In this document: one piece after another, positions 37,363 to 48,601 of the stretch
Layout: every line of letters begins with the position of its first letter
How positions within the stretch are numbered: position 1 is the first letter of the stretch
Origin: Minisyncoccota bacterium
GTDB lineage: Bacteria > Patescibacteriota > Minisyncoccia > Phycocordibacterales > UBA918
DNA: 64,000 nt
Assembly: GCA_022841645.1 (NCBI GenBank)
Contig: JALHRC010000002.1
Coordinates: 36,846 to 100,845 of the forward strand
Reading direction: 5' to 3'
Notes under the pieces: model-generated
Databases searched by the model: none
Told to the model about the DNA's origin: nothing
Seen by the model: only the letters and a program-made list of their open reading frames with translations
Program-made: the position numbers and the translations under genes

Positions 37363-37695
37363 ATGGAAAAGCATTATCAGTTGCTGAGCACATTATTTCT
37401 ACTAGCACTATTTGTGGTGGCTTCGGAATGGTGGATTATTACATCACTCATATATTTTACTTGCCAAAGCGAAGCAGGGAACGCGTGCACCTTGCTTGAA
37501 ACGTACGCTCCAGTTCGCTATCTTGGCCTTGATTCTTGGTTGTACGTTGTCGCCGGTACGCTACCGATTGCTTGGTTGCTACTCTTGCTATCAAAAAAAC
37601 TTACCCGTATTGATACGCTAATTGGCCTCGTTTCTGTTCAAATACTCTTACTAATCACCGTTGCCCTTGTTGAGTTTGTTCAAAAAGCACTGTAG
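37363..37695 (+). CDS. Small hypothetical membrane protein (110 aa), second cassette-like ORF
   Basis: The ORF track start 37321 is a TTG inside the repeat element. The first ATG, at 37363 (MEKHYQLL...), is preferred. About 3 TM helices. Confidence 0.45.
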   Translation: MEKHYQLLSTLFLLALFVVASEWWIITSLIYFTCQSEAGNACTLLETYAPVRYLGLDSWLYVVAGTLPIAWLLLLLSKKLTRIDTLIGLVSVQILLLITVALVEFVQKAL

Positions 37696-37700
37696 CACCA

Positions 37701-37746
37701 AGTGGCGAGTGCCTTTATGGGCTTTCGCCACTCAGTGGTACTGAGT
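37701..37746 (+). repeat. 46-nt structured repeat, copy 2 (AGTGGCGAGTGCCTTTATGGGCTTTCGCCACTCAGTGGTACTGAGT)
   Basis: It differs from copy 1 by A4>G and a compensatory T29>C that keeps the base pair, plus loop changes. Located 3' of the second cassette ORF. Confidence 0.7.
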
Positions 37747-37779
37747 CACGTCAGACAAGACGTTAAAATCATCTAAGTC

Positions 37780-38214
37780 ATGGATAAGAAATCAACAAAA
37801 AAGTACGACTGGCTAACAAAGTTTCTTATAGATACCGATAGGTTAGATAATCCAAACCTTCCAGTAGCTAAGCAGGAGTACACACCAACACAAAAGTTTT
37901 TTGGGTGGGTACTACTTTTTGTTACTACACATTCATGGTGGATTTCTGCTGCATTTGTATTGTACTTTTGCGAAGGAGCAATAGGTGTTGGATATAGGTG
38001 CACCATTCCAATTGAAGATTGGGCTTTCTTTACCGAATTGTCTACTATCTTCTTTGGTATACCGCTATTATTACCACTATTATTTTACTTTAAATTCTTT
38101 AGTAATTTTTTTAAGAAAATTAATACCCTGACCTTCATTCTTGGCTCGATCTTATTGCTTGTAATTATTTTTAACCTGGTATCAATCTTGTCAAATTACT
38201 TGAACAACCAGTAG
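37780..38214 (+). CDS. Small hypothetical membrane protein (144 aa, about 4 TM), third cassette-like ORF
   Basis: Very AT-rich ORF with hydrophobic helices (FFGWVLLFVTTHSWWISAAFVLYF; IFFGIPLLLPLLFYF; FILGSILLLVIIFNLV). Confidence 0.5.
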   Translation: MDKKSTKKYDWLTKFLIDTDRLDNPNLPVAKQEYTPTQKFFGWVLLFVTTHSWWISAAFVLYFCEGAIGVGYRCTIPIEDWAFFTELSTIFFGIPLLLPLLFYFKFFSNFFKKINTLTFILGSILLLVIIFNLVSILSNYLNNQ

Positions 38215-38219
38215 TGATG

Positions 38220-39676
<1,457 letters not shown>

Positions 39677-39684
39677 CGAAATTT

Positions 39685-40074
39685 ATGAAGAGTGTGACCA
39701 TCTGCGGGAGCATGAAATTTGCCACAGAGATGACTGACTGGGGTGCTTTCTTGCAGATGAATGGAATCACCGCAAATGTTCCTGACCTTGTCGGGAACGA
39801 TGTATGGAATAGTGCGAACAGCAATGAGCGCCGCGCACTCGCTAAACAGCTTGCAGTGAATCACTTTAGAAAAATTGACAACAGCAGCGTTGTCTTCATA
39901 TTCAATAAAGATGGCTACGCCGGTCCATCCGTAACACTAGAAATCGGCTACGCAATTGCGTGCCAACGACCACTGTTTGCACTTTGCGAAGATACTAATG
40001 AAGTTTGTAGAGATGTGTGGTTTGATGGCTACTGCAAGACCAAGGAGTCATTATTAGAAATACTTAAAAAGTAA
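39685..40074 (+). CDS. Hypothetical Rossmann-like protein, possibly nucleoside 2-deoxyribosyltransferase-like, inserted between atpD and atpC
   Basis: 129 aa. The pattern VVFIFNKDGYAGPSVTLEIGYAIACQRPLFAL resembles the xAGP...E.GYA.A.GKP core of nucleoside 2-deoxyribosyltransferase-like folds. The assignment is tentative. Confidence 0.45.
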   Translation: MKSVTICGSMKFATEMTDWGAFLQMNGITANVPDLVGNDVWNSANSNERRALAKQLAVNHFRKIDNSSVVFIFNKDGYAGPSVTLEIGYAIACQRPLFALCEDTNEVCRDVWFDGYCKTKESLLEILKK

Positions 40075-40084
40075 TCTATACGCT

Positions 40085-40333
40085 ATGTCAAGCAAGATTT
40101 TTCAGCTCACCATCTCCCGCATCGACGGTCCGGTATTCTCTGGAGCTGTGCGAAGTATGGTAGTACCTGGTGTCGATGGGGAAATGACCATTCTCCCGGA
40201 GCACACAGCACTTATTTCACCCCTTCGGGTAGGAGAACTCGTCGTGACCGACGAGAGTGGCGCTTTGCAACGCTTTCCCGTCACTACCGGCACCCTTGAA
40301 GTGAGCAACAACCAAGCCACCGTGCTGTTGTAG
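40085..40333 (+). CDS. atpC: F0F1 ATP synthase subunit epsilon, short 82-aa form (beta-sandwich domain only)
   Basis: Last gene of the operon. N-terminal epsilon beta-sandwich (VVPGVDGEMTILPEHTALISPLRVGELVV). No C-terminal two-helix hairpin. Confidence 0.75.
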   Translation: MSSKIFQLTISRIDGPVFSGAVRSMVVPGVDGEMTILPEHTALISPLRVGELVVTDESGALQRFPVTTGTLEVSNNQATVLL

Positions 40334-40371
40334 AGCGAGCGAATCTAAAATCAAAAAAACTACAATAAACA

Positions 40372-40420
40372 GAAACCGCCCGACAGAGCCGAACGGCGTC
40401 TGTGGGCGGGTGGGTTTCTC
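40372..40420. terminator. Large imperfect hairpin (AGAAACCGCCCGACAG...CTGTGGGCGGGTGGGTTTCT) between the convergent atpC and clpP-like genes. On the minus strand it is followed by a T-run
   Basis: Inverted repeat with one mismatch, read from the sequence. ttttttgatttt follows it on the minus strand. Confidence 0.5.
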
Positions 40421-40424
40421 TTGG

Positions 40425-40964
40425 CTAACCTTCAATGCGGTCGATGAGCCCGAACTCCAGTGCTTCCTCCGCAGTCATATCGCGGTTTTTCTTGCAGATC
40501 GCACGCACCTCTGCGATACTCCTGCCAGTACGAGTAACCAGAAGTCTATAAAGAGTGCCCTGGTCTGCCAACATGAGCTGCTTAAGCTTATCCAGGCGCC
40601 GTTTATCGAGCAGGTCGTCCAGTGAAACTTGCTGGACGAGCACGTGGTGAATCAGCACAACTGAGTGAGGGAGGCACACGCGATCATCACAAGCCTGCAA
40701 GATAGTGGCGCCCGCAGAGCGTGCAAAGGCGTATACGACGCCCGTCTTCTTGCCCTGGTAGCTGCGCAGCAGATCGCAGATTTGAAGACTGACCCGCGTC
40801 GCACCCCCATCTGATGTGATGCGGACTTCCACATCAGGTGATCCCGCTGCGAGTAGTAGAATGAGGGACTGGCGGACACTCTCCAACATTTCCAAATTCA
40901 CCTCTCCCTCAATCATGACGACCTTGTGTTTCAGGAGGTCACGATATAGATCATTGAGCCCCAT
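40425..40964 (-). CDS. ClpP-family serine protease (short, 179 aa)
   Basis: ClpP-like core ITSDGGATRV...AFARSAGATIL (Ser), LIHHV (His), NRDMTAEEALEFGLID (Asp region). The assignment rests on these motifs. Confidence 0.65.
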   Translation of the reverse strand: MGLNDLYRDLLKHKVVMIEGEVNLEMLESVRQSLILLLAAGSPDVEVRITSDGGATRVSLQICDLLRSYQGKKTGVVYAFARSAGATILQACDDRVCLPHSVVLIHHVLVQQVSLDDLLDKRRLDKLKQLMLADQGTLYRLLVTRTGRSIAEVRAICKKNRDMTAEEALEFGLIDRIEG

Positions 40965-41055
40965 GTCAGCTCTCCTTGCTGGTTAGAGTGAACCTACGTA
41001 GCGATGTTTTCTCTCGCTATTTATTTATATAACATACTATAATACTTGTCAAAAT

Positions 41056-41754
41056 CTAATTCAGGAGTTTTTGTAGCTTTTGAAAGGTATCAAGATGATC
41101 CTCTACTTGCACCGTCTCAATCACCCCAATCACTGACTCATCGTTTCCACCCGGATAGAGCCCATCACCAAAATAAATGCAGTCGCCGGTATTCCAGCCT
41201 TGGTGCTCGATAAGGCGGGCGACATTGGCTCCCTTATGACGGTCTTTGTGAATATAGTCAAAGCTAGTTGAGCCACCAATCTTTACCACCACTTCATCGG
41301 ACTCTAGTGGCACGCGGGAAAGAAGCTCCAAGCGACGCTTGGCATCAGGGTCATACACGCTCTTAATGTCATGCGGAGCGTGGTTGCCGACTGGGCTAAA
41401 GGTGATTTGCGCACCCCGGTCTTCTATAGGAACGAATTCGTGCCCCAATTCATGATCAAGCGCAGCCACCAAACGCTCGATATGGGACAAGATTTCTGCC
41501 CGATGATGATCTTCTAGCGGCAGGTACCATAGCTCAGTATCAGCAACATCAAAACCATGGTTACCATTTTGCGCCAAGGTATAACGACGAAGTGCGCCCA
41601 TCTGGCTGTTTATACGGCTACGTTCTCCACCAGAGACGATAATTATGTCGTGTGGCAAATCGCCGAGCAGGGAGGCCATCTCCGGCAACAGTGGCTGCCG
41701 AGCCGGCGTCACCGTCTTATCCATGTCAAAGAATAGGTGTCGATAGTCCGCCAT
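41056..41754 (-). CDS. HAD-superfamily hydrolase (subfamily IIB-like, sugar-phosphatase/phosphomannomutase-related fold)
   Basis: Motif I FFDMDKTV (DxDxT). Motif IV IYFGDGLYPGGND. The start is taken at the internal ATG (MADYRHLFFDMDKT), because the longer ORF runs through the divergent neighbour. Confidence 0.65.
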   Translation of the reverse strand: MADYRHLFFDMDKTVTPARQPLLPEMASLLGDLPHDIIIVSGGERSRINSQMGALRRYTLAQNGNHGFDVADTELWYLPLEDHHRAEILSHIERLVAALDHELGHEFVPIEDRGAQITFSPVGNHAPHDIKSVYDPDAKRRLELLSRVPLESDEVVVKIGGSTSFDYIHKDRHKGANVARLIEHQGWNTGDCIYFGDGLYPGGNDESVIGVIETVQVEDHLDTFQKLQKLLN

Positions 41755-41788
41755 GGTCAAATGCGGGCACATGATACCATATGGCCAT

Positions 41789-42295
41789 ATGGAAATACTT
41801 GTAAACGTGGCTGCGGTATTGCAGGGTGTAGCGGTATCACTTGGGGTAGGAACTTCAACCATGGCAATTGTTAATTTCTTTAGTGCCATTGCTGACGGGG
41901 TGATCGACGAAAAGGAGCGGCATATGATGGGACTGGTGTACTACGTACTCCGTATCGCCATGGTCGTAATCCTCCTCACGGTACTGGCGCGCTTTAGCTA
42001 TGAATTCATCGCCACTGGCACTATCGTACTTACCACCATGACTATCGCCACCTTACTACTCGTGTTTGTGCTTTACGCAAACTCCGCCTTGATGACGCTC
42101 CACTATATGCCCAGCAGCATTGGGCCAGCGCTCCAGGCTGCCACCTGGTACAGTCTTGGTGTCATGGCGAGCCTCGACTCCCTTAAGTTGGTGACCTTTA
42201 GCACGCTGCCATTTTTCCTAGGCTACCTCTCAGCCGTGCTGCTCGCTATCGCTATAGTAAACGGCATGATGGCCCACCTCAAATCGCGGAGATAG
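41789..42295 (+). CDS. Hypothetical integral membrane protein (about 5 TM)
   Basis: Hydrophobic ORF. Start chosen at ATG 41789 (MEILVN...). The ORF track start 41753 overlaps the divergent HAD gene. Confidence 0.45.
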   Translation: MEILVNVAAVLQGVAVSLGVGTSTMAIVNFFSAIADGVIDEKERHMMGLVYYVLRIAMVVILLTVLARFSYEFIATGTIVLTTMTIATLLLVFVLYANSALMTLHYMPSSIGPALQAATWYSLGVMASLDSLKLVTFSTLPFFLGYLSAVLLAIAIVNGMMAHLKSRR

Positions 42296-42306
42296 AAGAC
42301 TGCCCC

Positions 42307-42348
42307 GAATTAAAACAGCCCCGCCTTTTAAAGCGGGGCTGTTTTAAT
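42307..42348. terminator. Bidirectional rho-independent terminator (TTAAAACAGCCCCGC-cttttaaa-GCGGGGCTGTTTTAA)
   Basis: Perfect GC-rich stem of 13-17 bp, flanked by A/T runs, between convergent genes. Confidence 0.7.
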
Positions 42349-42358
42349 TGTTGCTGAC

Positions 42359-45300
42359 TTAGAGAAGCACAGGCGTGTGGAGCGAGTCATCTGCCGCTTG
42401 CTTGCGCAAGAGCTTTTTCTGCTCGGCGCGGTAGTAGAGCACGGGCACGAGTACCAAGGTCAGAATCATCGCGAAGGTAAGGCCAAACATAATGGCGAAT
42501 GCCAGCGGGCTCCAGAAATCGGAAATCATTGAGAGCGGAATCATACCCACCACCGTCGTGATGGTGGTGAGCATAATCGGACGGAAGCGCGACACGGCTG
42601 CATCAGCCACTTGGTCAATCAGCAGATTGCTTGTGCCTTCAGAAGCTTTGTGGGTAATCATCGAGTCCATCAGAATAATGGCGTGGTTAATGATCACTCC
42701 GGCGAGCGCGATCACCCCAAGCAGGGACGTGAAGGAGAGCGCAAGCCCCGTCGCCGCGAGGCCAAAGAATACACCAATAAGCGAGTACGGAACAATGACA
42801 AGGAGATAGAGTGAATAGCGAATCGAATTGAATGAGAGCACCAATATGGCGAGCATGAGAAGCAATCCGACCACAAGCGCTATGAACATTTCAGTAAACG
42901 ACTGGTTTACGTTCTCAGCCTCGCCGCCATACGACACCTCGACACCACTCGGTAGCTCGAGCTCAGCATTGCGCGCCCTGAATGCACTTACCACTTCACC
43001 GGCGGCAACGCCAGGAACAGTGTAGGCCGAGACAGTCACTTGTCGTTCCTGGTCTTCACGATTAATCGCCGCACTCGCCGGCGCCAGTGACTCCGAAATG
43101 ACACTACTCAGTGGCACCGTAGAGCCCGTAACGGTGGGCACCGTAAGGCTGCGGAGGGCACTGATCGACACGTTTGGTGTGGCCGTGGTGTCCCCGCTTG
43201 TGCGGTCAATTCCAAGCCGCACGACGACGTCAATGTCTTCGCCATTTTGATTAATGGTGGTTGCTTCAACACCAAACACTGCTGTGCGCAGAATACCTCC
43301 CACCGCCGCTGGGGAAACGCCAAGCGCGCTGGCCTTAGCTTTATCAACGGTCAGTACATACTCAGTCGCGTTACTCTTGCTACTGGCTTCCACGTCACGA
43401 GTTCCTTCGATATCGCGCAAAAGCGCTTCTGATCGGTCTGAGACCAAGAGGAGATCAGACAGGTCGTCGCCACTGAGCTTAATGAAGACTGGTGCACCGG
43501 TAGGTGGACCGTTCTGTTGCTCTGTGATGGTAACGAGACCACCCTTGATGGCCTTGAAGTTCTCGCGGAGAGCGGCCGCCAGATCGATACTCGACTCCTC
43601 ACGATCTTCCTTAAGCGCTACGGTAATGTTGGCAAAGCGGCCGCCAGCATCGGTACTGCCGGTAAAGGCAGAACCTGAACCAGCCGTGGTGGTGAATGAT
43701 TCTATATAGTCCTTCTCGTAGAGCACTTCTTCAACGGCGCGTACGACAAGGTCCGTCTCAGTCACCGGTGTACCCTGCACGGTTTCAATTTCGATGTAGA
43801 TTGAGTCAACGTTCTCAGGTGGGAAGAAAATAACTTGGAGTGTACCGGTGATAGGCAGAGCAAAAGCTAGAATAAGACCAGCAAACATGCTCCACAGAAG
43901 CACCCGCTGCTTACGGCGACTTTCGAGGAAGCGTACGAGTTTCTCCCGGTACCACGCCTGTGCCTTCACGTTGTATTCCTCTTGCATTTTCTCAAAGCGG
44001 TTCGGTGTAGTGTTGCTCGTAAGGTAGATAGCAATCAGTGGCACGAGCCCAAGCGCCACAAAGATAGAGGCAAGGAGCACAAAGATAATCGTGAAGGGGA
44101 TAGACGCGATGAATTCACCCGTCACCCCCGAGAGGAAGAAGAGGGGAGCAAAGACGGCAATGGTGGTCATCGTGCCAGCAATCAGTGGCCACGCATACTC
44201 GCGAATTGATTTCTCAGCAGCGTCCATGGCGTTACCCGTTTTCCGCAGACGGGTGTGAATTGCCTCTGTGACCACGATACCTGAGTCAACCAAGATACCC
44301 ACTGAGAGAATGAGCGCAAAGAGGGAAATGAAGTTGATGGTATTGCCCGAAGCGTAGAGGCCAATAAAAGCAATCACAAACGACAGCGGAATAGAAAGGG
44401 CAGCGACAAGCGACTCGCGCCAACCAATCGTAAGGAGAAGACACAGCACCACGAGTGCTACGGTTTCCAGACCAGCCTTAACAAGACCAGCCAAGTCCTT
44501 GCGCACCTGCTCACCTTGGTCAAATACGACCAGTACCTGTGATTCAGCTAAGAGTCCACCTTCTGCTTGTAACTCAGCGAGCTTTTCGTGTACACGATCA
44601 GTTACCACCGTAACGTCAGTGCCCGCGCGTTTAAAAACGGAGACCGTAAGCGAGGTTTCTGATGGGACACCATCCACTGATACACGAGAAATTGACGACT
44701 CTTTGGTGACCGTATCGTTTACCGTCGCAATGTCGCGCACGTACACGGGCTGTCCCGATGCTGACCGAATGGGTGTATTCTCAATATCTTCGATAGTCGA
44801 TAGTTCACCAGAGAAGCGAACAGCATATTCAATACCATCAGTAGAAATAACGCCTACCGGTACATTCAAGTTTGCTTGGCCAAGAGCAGTAGTTACATCA
44901 GACACACCAAGACCAAAAGCGACTAGCGCTTCCTCGCGGATAAGCACTTGGATTTGTCGCTCACGGGTACCCGAAATCTGCACGTCAGAGACACCCGTGA
45001 CACCGGTAAGCTCATCCTTAATCTGTTCACCGAGCGCAGTGAAGGCGGTAGGCGGGAGATTAGCCGAAATTGAAATAATGTTGATCGGCTGATTGGAAAA
45101 ATCAACTTCCGTTACTATCGGGTCATTGGCATCGGTAGGAAGTTCTCCTTTGGCACTATCAACTGCATCACGTAGTTTTTGAATTGATTCATCAATATCA
45201 GCACTGGCAGCAAATTCAACGCTAATACTCGAAACGTCATCACGTGAGGCCGAAGTGAGTGATTCGATGTCATCAAGATTCGCGATCGCATCTTCGAGCT

Positions 45301-45499
45301 TGATGGTGATAAGCTCTTCAATGTCAGAGGCTGAAGCCCCTGGATACACTGTTGAAACAATTCCCACTGGCACAATCACCTCCGGAAAAGATTCCTTGGG
45401 GATGATGTTTACTGCATAGATGCCCAAGCCCACCAGCGTGAGCATGAGAAGCACACTAAACTGCCGCTTCTCTAAAAAGAATAGCCAAAATGAATGCAT
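42359..45499 (-). CDS. RND-family efflux transporter permease (AcrB/AcrD/AcrF-like, 1046 aa)
   Basis: 12-TM topology with two large periplasmic loops. N-terminal region (FFLEKRQFSVLLMLTLVGLGIYAVNIIPKESFPEV) typical of the ACR_tran family. Confidence 0.9.
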   Translation of the reverse strand: MHSFWLFFLEKRQFSVLLMLTLVGLGIYAVNIIPKESFPEVIVPVGIVSTVYPGASASDIEELITIKLEDAIANLDDIESLTSASRDDVSSISVEFAASADIDESIQKLRDAVDSAKGELPTDANDPIVTEVDFSNQPINIISISANLPPTAFTALGEQIKDELTGVTGVSDVQISGTRERQIQVLIREEALVAFGLGVSDVTTALGQANLNVPVGVISTDGIEYAVRFSGELSTIEDIENTPIRSASGQPVYVRDIATVNDTVTKESSISRVSVDGVPSETSLTVSVFKRAGTDVTVVTDRVHEKLAELQAEGGLLAESQVLVVFDQGEQVRKDLAGLVKAGLETVALVVLCLLLTIGWRESLVAALSIPLSFVIAFIGLYASGNTINFISLFALILSVGILVDSGIVVTEAIHTRLRKTGNAMDAAEKSIREYAWPLIAGTMTTIAVFAPLFFLSGVTGEFIASIPFTIIFVLLASIFVALGLVPLIAIYLTSNTTPNRFEKMQEEYNVKAQAWYREKLVRFLESRRKQRVLLWSMFAGLILAFALPITGTLQVIFFPPENVDSIYIEIETVQGTPVTETDLVVRAVEEVLYEKDYIESFTTTAGSGSAFTGSTDAGGRFANITVALKEDREESSIDLAAALRENFKAIKGGLVTITEQQNGPPTGAPVFIKLSGDDLSDLLLVSDRSEALLRDIEGTRDVEASSKSNATEYVLTVDKAKASALGVSPAAVGGILRTAVFGVEATTINQNGEDIDVVVRLGIDRTSGDTTATPNVSISALRSLTVPTVTGSTVPLSSVISESLAPASAAINREDQERQVTVSAYTVPGVAAGEVVSAFRARNAELELPSGVEVSYGGEAENVNQSFTEMFIALVVGLLLMLAILVLSFNSIRYSLYLLVIVPYSLIGVFFGLAATGLALSFTSLLGVIALAGVIINHAIILMDSMITHKASEGTSNLLIDQVADAAVSRFRPIMLTTITTVVGMIPLSMISDFWSPLAFAIMFGLTFAMILTLVLVPVLYYRAEQKKLLRKQAADDSLHTPVLL

Positions 45500-45510
45500 G
45501 GATGTGAGTG

Positions 45511-47052
45511 TTAGTTGCTCTCGGCGGTTACCGCTTGGCCTTCCTTGAGCCCTCGCGCATCTACCACAATCTGATCTTCAAGGGCAATGCCTTCTTCTAC
45601 AATCACACTTTCACCACTGATGGCTCCTAAGGTAATACTTCGTCCGGAAAGCGTATTCTCATCTGTCACTTTGAAAACCACCGGCCCACTGCCGGTCATC
45701 TTTACTGACGAAAGGGGAATCATGATCTTGGTCTCAGTGCTACTGTTTTCATTTATAAAGAGTACGGTGGCCGTGCTGCCGTTTTGTAGCTCTGAATCAT
45801 CGGCCACACTTACTTTGACGGCAATTTTGCCCGTCGTGGGGTCTACGGCGCCAGCAATCGCCGTTACGGTGCCACTGGCTGTACCATCAATGACAACTTC
45901 ATCGCCAATGGCGAGGTTCGCACTCTCCTCCTGATTGATCGCCGTCGCAATTTCCAGACCATTGTTGTTTGCGACGATGGCCGCCGGCTGCCCAGAGCCC
46001 ACGTATTGTCCGGCCTTAAGATAGAGGGCGTTTACCACGCCACTAATCGGCGAGCGAACGATCGTCTTTTGGTAGGCAGCTTGTGCAGCCTGGAGGCTAC
46101 CAAGCGCAATTTTCACCTGCGCATTAGCGAGCGATACGTCAGCAGAGGTGCCGCCAATGGTTGCTCGCGCTAACGCTTCCTCAGCGTCAGCCAAACCAGT
46201 TTTGGCAGCCTTCAGGGCTTGGAGGGTGGTATTGAGTCGCGCACTCTCCGCTAAGAGACCATTAGTAAGAGAATTTGTAGGTACGCCAAATAGCGTATCA
46301 TTTCTATCTGCATTATTAGTTTGAGCAACAAACAACTCTACGAAGGCAATCGTTCGAGTAACCTGTGTCTCAGCCGTGGCGATTTGGTCGTAAAGATTTT
46401 CGTCTGTCAGGCCATTTATCTGGGTCTGCCATTCAGGAAGTAGTTTTTGATAGGCAACACGTTCAGCATTCAAGACTTGAGCGTTACCATCAATGCGTAA
46501 CCCTGGAACAAAGCTATTTGGGTCGGAGAAAAATGGGTCAATTGATTTCACAATGACTGAACTAACATCAGTTAAGCTGGCCCGAACGGCTGCTTTCGCG
46601 GTATTGCGAGCATTCTCAAGCCCCGTTGACGCACCGCGCACCCCACTATCACTCTGCTTGGCTCCCGCAACCGCAGCTTCGTATGAGCCCTCGGCCTGCA
46701 CCAAGGCAGCCCGCTCTGCACTATTCTCGAGGGTAGCCAACACTTGTCCAGCAGCGACCCGAGCACCGATTTCAGTCGTGACTGACACAACGCGACCACC
46801 GGCCTCCGTCTCGAGACGGGCTTCCGAGATGGCGGTTACCGTGCCTACCGCAGAAAATGAGCTCCCTGAGGCAAGTTCACGAACGCTGGCCACCTCAACG
46901 GTAGTCGCAGCAGGCAAAACCTCGACGACCGGCTCACCACCTGGGCCAAAAAATACTGAGGCAGTAAGCCCAAGTAACAGGATAACAGCAGCAATTCTTA
47001 CCCAAGTTTGTCCCGCGTACTGCTTGTAGAGGGACGTCAACCGTTCACGCAT
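45511..47052 (-). CDS. Efflux RND transporter periplasmic adaptor (membrane fusion protein, HlyD-like), unusually long at 513 aa
   Basis: N-terminal TM. Long Ala/Gln-rich coiled-coil (helical-hairpin) segment. C-terminal beta-barrel region (VVIDGTASGTVTAI...GESVIVEEGIALEDQIVV). Lies immediately upstream of the RND permease. Confidence 0.8.
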   Translation of the reverse strand: MRERLTSLYKQYAGQTWVRIAAVILLLGLTASVFFGPGGEPVVEVLPAATTVEVASVRELASGSSFSAVGTVTAISEARLETEAGGRVVSVTTEIGARVAAGQVLATLENSAERAALVQAEGSYEAAVAGAKQSDSGVRGASTGLENARNTAKAAVRASLTDVSSVIVKSIDPFFSDPNSFVPGLRIDGNAQVLNAERVAYQKLLPEWQTQINGLTDENLYDQIATAETQVTRTIAFVELFVAQTNNADRNDTLFGVPTNSLTNGLLAESARLNTTLQALKAAKTGLADAEEALARATIGGTSADVSLANAQVKIALGSLQAAQAAYQKTIVRSPISGVVNALYLKAGQYVGSGQPAAIVANNNGLEIATAINQEESANLAIGDEVVIDGTASGTVTAIAGAVDPTTGKIAVKVSVADDSELQNGSTATVLFINENSSTETKIMIPLSSVKMTGSGPVVFKVTDENTLSGRSITLGAISGESVIVEEGIALEDQIVVDARGLKEGQAVTAESN

Positions 47053-47224
47053 AAACTTTAAATAGTTATCTTACAACCATCATATAATACTACATTTATT
47101 TGTTTTGTCAAAACCTCCGTAATGGTTCAATAGCTTGTGAACACGCCTCTACATTCACCTCTACTACGCATACACCGCAGATTTCTTTACGCTGCTCCCA
47201 CAAAACTGCTACAATAGCGACACT

Positions 47225-47539
47225 ATGTTTGGAAAATTAAAGCAGTTTGCTCTCAAAAAGGTTGTTCAGTCACAGATGAAGAATGTGCCCGCCGACCAGC
47301 AGGCCATGATCCTTACCATGCTCGAGAAGGACCCGGCGTTATTTGAAAAAATCGCTAAGGAAATGCAGGCAGAATTGAAGGCTAACGGAAATAATCAAAT
47401 GGCCGCTGCGATGAAGGTTCTGCCTAAGTACCAAACCCAAATCATGGGTGCCATGACACCCGAAATGAAAGAGAAGCTCATCGCCATGCAAATGGGCAGC
47501 CAGGGGAAGTTTAACCCAAACGGTTCGATCCGCTCCTAG
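47225..47539 (+). CDS. Hypothetical small Met/Lys-rich helical protein (104 aa)
   Basis: ORF preceded by a TACAAT -10-like box. No recognisable motif. Confidence 0.45.
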   Translation: MFGKLKQFALKKVVQSQMKNVPADQQAMILTMLEKDPALFEKIAKEMQAELKANGNNQMAAAMKVLPKYQTQIMGAMTPEMKEKLIAMQMGSQGKFNPNGSIRS

Positions 47540-47551
47540 CCAGAATGCTGT

Positions 47552-47929
47552 ATGCGCTCACGACGCGAGTTGTATGTTGTTGGAGGTACTGAAGTTAATC
47601 CTAGACTGGCTGCCAATGAGCAGGCACGAATCGAGCGCGACAGCCTAGAGAAGCTCGACGCAGCCCATCTTGCAGCCATTGCCGCACTACAGAAGGGTGG
47701 AACCATTTGTAACGACCGCGAACGAATTGATGAGGCGGTGCGCAGGTTAGAAACCACACATTCAATTAATCTTTCTGAAAAATTGACCGCACTTGCGGCA
47801 CGTTCACGTTACTACAGCGTTTGGCAGGAACCAGATAACATAGCTGCTTTGTACGTTGTTGCTCAGCGCCTCGGAAAGACAGAAGAACTACTCCAGCACC
47901 TGAGTACCACGAGTAACGAGAGCCACTAG
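47552..47929 (+). CDS. Hypothetical protein (125 aa)
   Basis: ORF 12 nt downstream of the previous gene. No motif. Confidence 0.45.
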   Translation: MRSRRELYVVGGTEVNPRLAANEQARIERDSLEKLDAAHLAAIAALQKGGTICNDRERIDEAVRRLETTHSINLSEKLTALAARSRYYSVWQEPDNIAALYVVAQRLGKTEELLQHLSTTSNESH

Positions 47930-48016
47930 CGGAAGGGTGGTCGCTAAGTTTGTACACTAAGTAATCAACAGTAGTCGGTAGAGCAGATAGGTTCTGACAC
48001 GTATACTGGTACACAT

Positions 48017-48601
48017 ATGAGTATCCCCAAGAAGATCGTCGTTCTTTGTGGTCACCCCGACAAAGATTCATTTTCTGGAACGGTGGCCGACCACTACCAG
48101 GCAGGGGCACAGGACGCCGGACACGAAGTGCGCCGCGTCAATATTGGGGAACTACAATTTGACCCCATTCTTCACAAAGGTTACAAGGAAATTCAACCCC
48201 TTGAGCCCGATCTTCATGCTTTGCAGGATTCTTTTCGCTGGGCTGACCATATTGTAATTGTGTACCCCAACTGGTGGTGTACTATGCCCGCAATCTTAAA
48301 AGGGCTATTTGACCGTTTTTGGCTACCGGGTTTTGCGTTTAATTTCAACAAGGAAACAAAGAAAGTTGAGCAGCACCTGAAAGGGAAGACGGGGCGGGTC
48401 ATTATTCTCTCTGGATCGCACTCGCCTTTTAAAATGTGGTGGCTGTTTGGTGATTACACCAACGAAATCCAATACGGCATTATGGAGTTTGCTGGAATCA
48501 AGACCGACGTGAGTTCCTATGGACCGTGTGAGCGGGTTGATGAGAAATGTCGTGATAGTTGGATGAAGGAAGTAGAACGACTAGGGGCAAAAGGAGCCTA
48601 A
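48017..48601 (+). CDS. NAD(P)H dehydrogenase (quinone)-like flavodoxin-fold oxidoreductase
   Basis: N-terminal KIVVLCGHPDKDSFSGTVADHY and IVIVYPNWWCTMPAILKGLFDRF, typical of the Flavodoxin_2/NQO family. Confidence 0.75.
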   Translation: MSIPKKIVVLCGHPDKDSFSGTVADHYQAGAQDAGHEVRRVNIGELQFDPILHKGYKEIQPLEPDLHALQDSFRWADHIVIVYPNWWCTMPAILKGLFDRFWLPGFAFNFNKETKKVEQHLKGKTGRVIILSGSHSPFKMWWLFGDYTNEIQYGIMEFAGIKTDVSSYGPCERVDEKCRDSWMKEVERLGAKGA

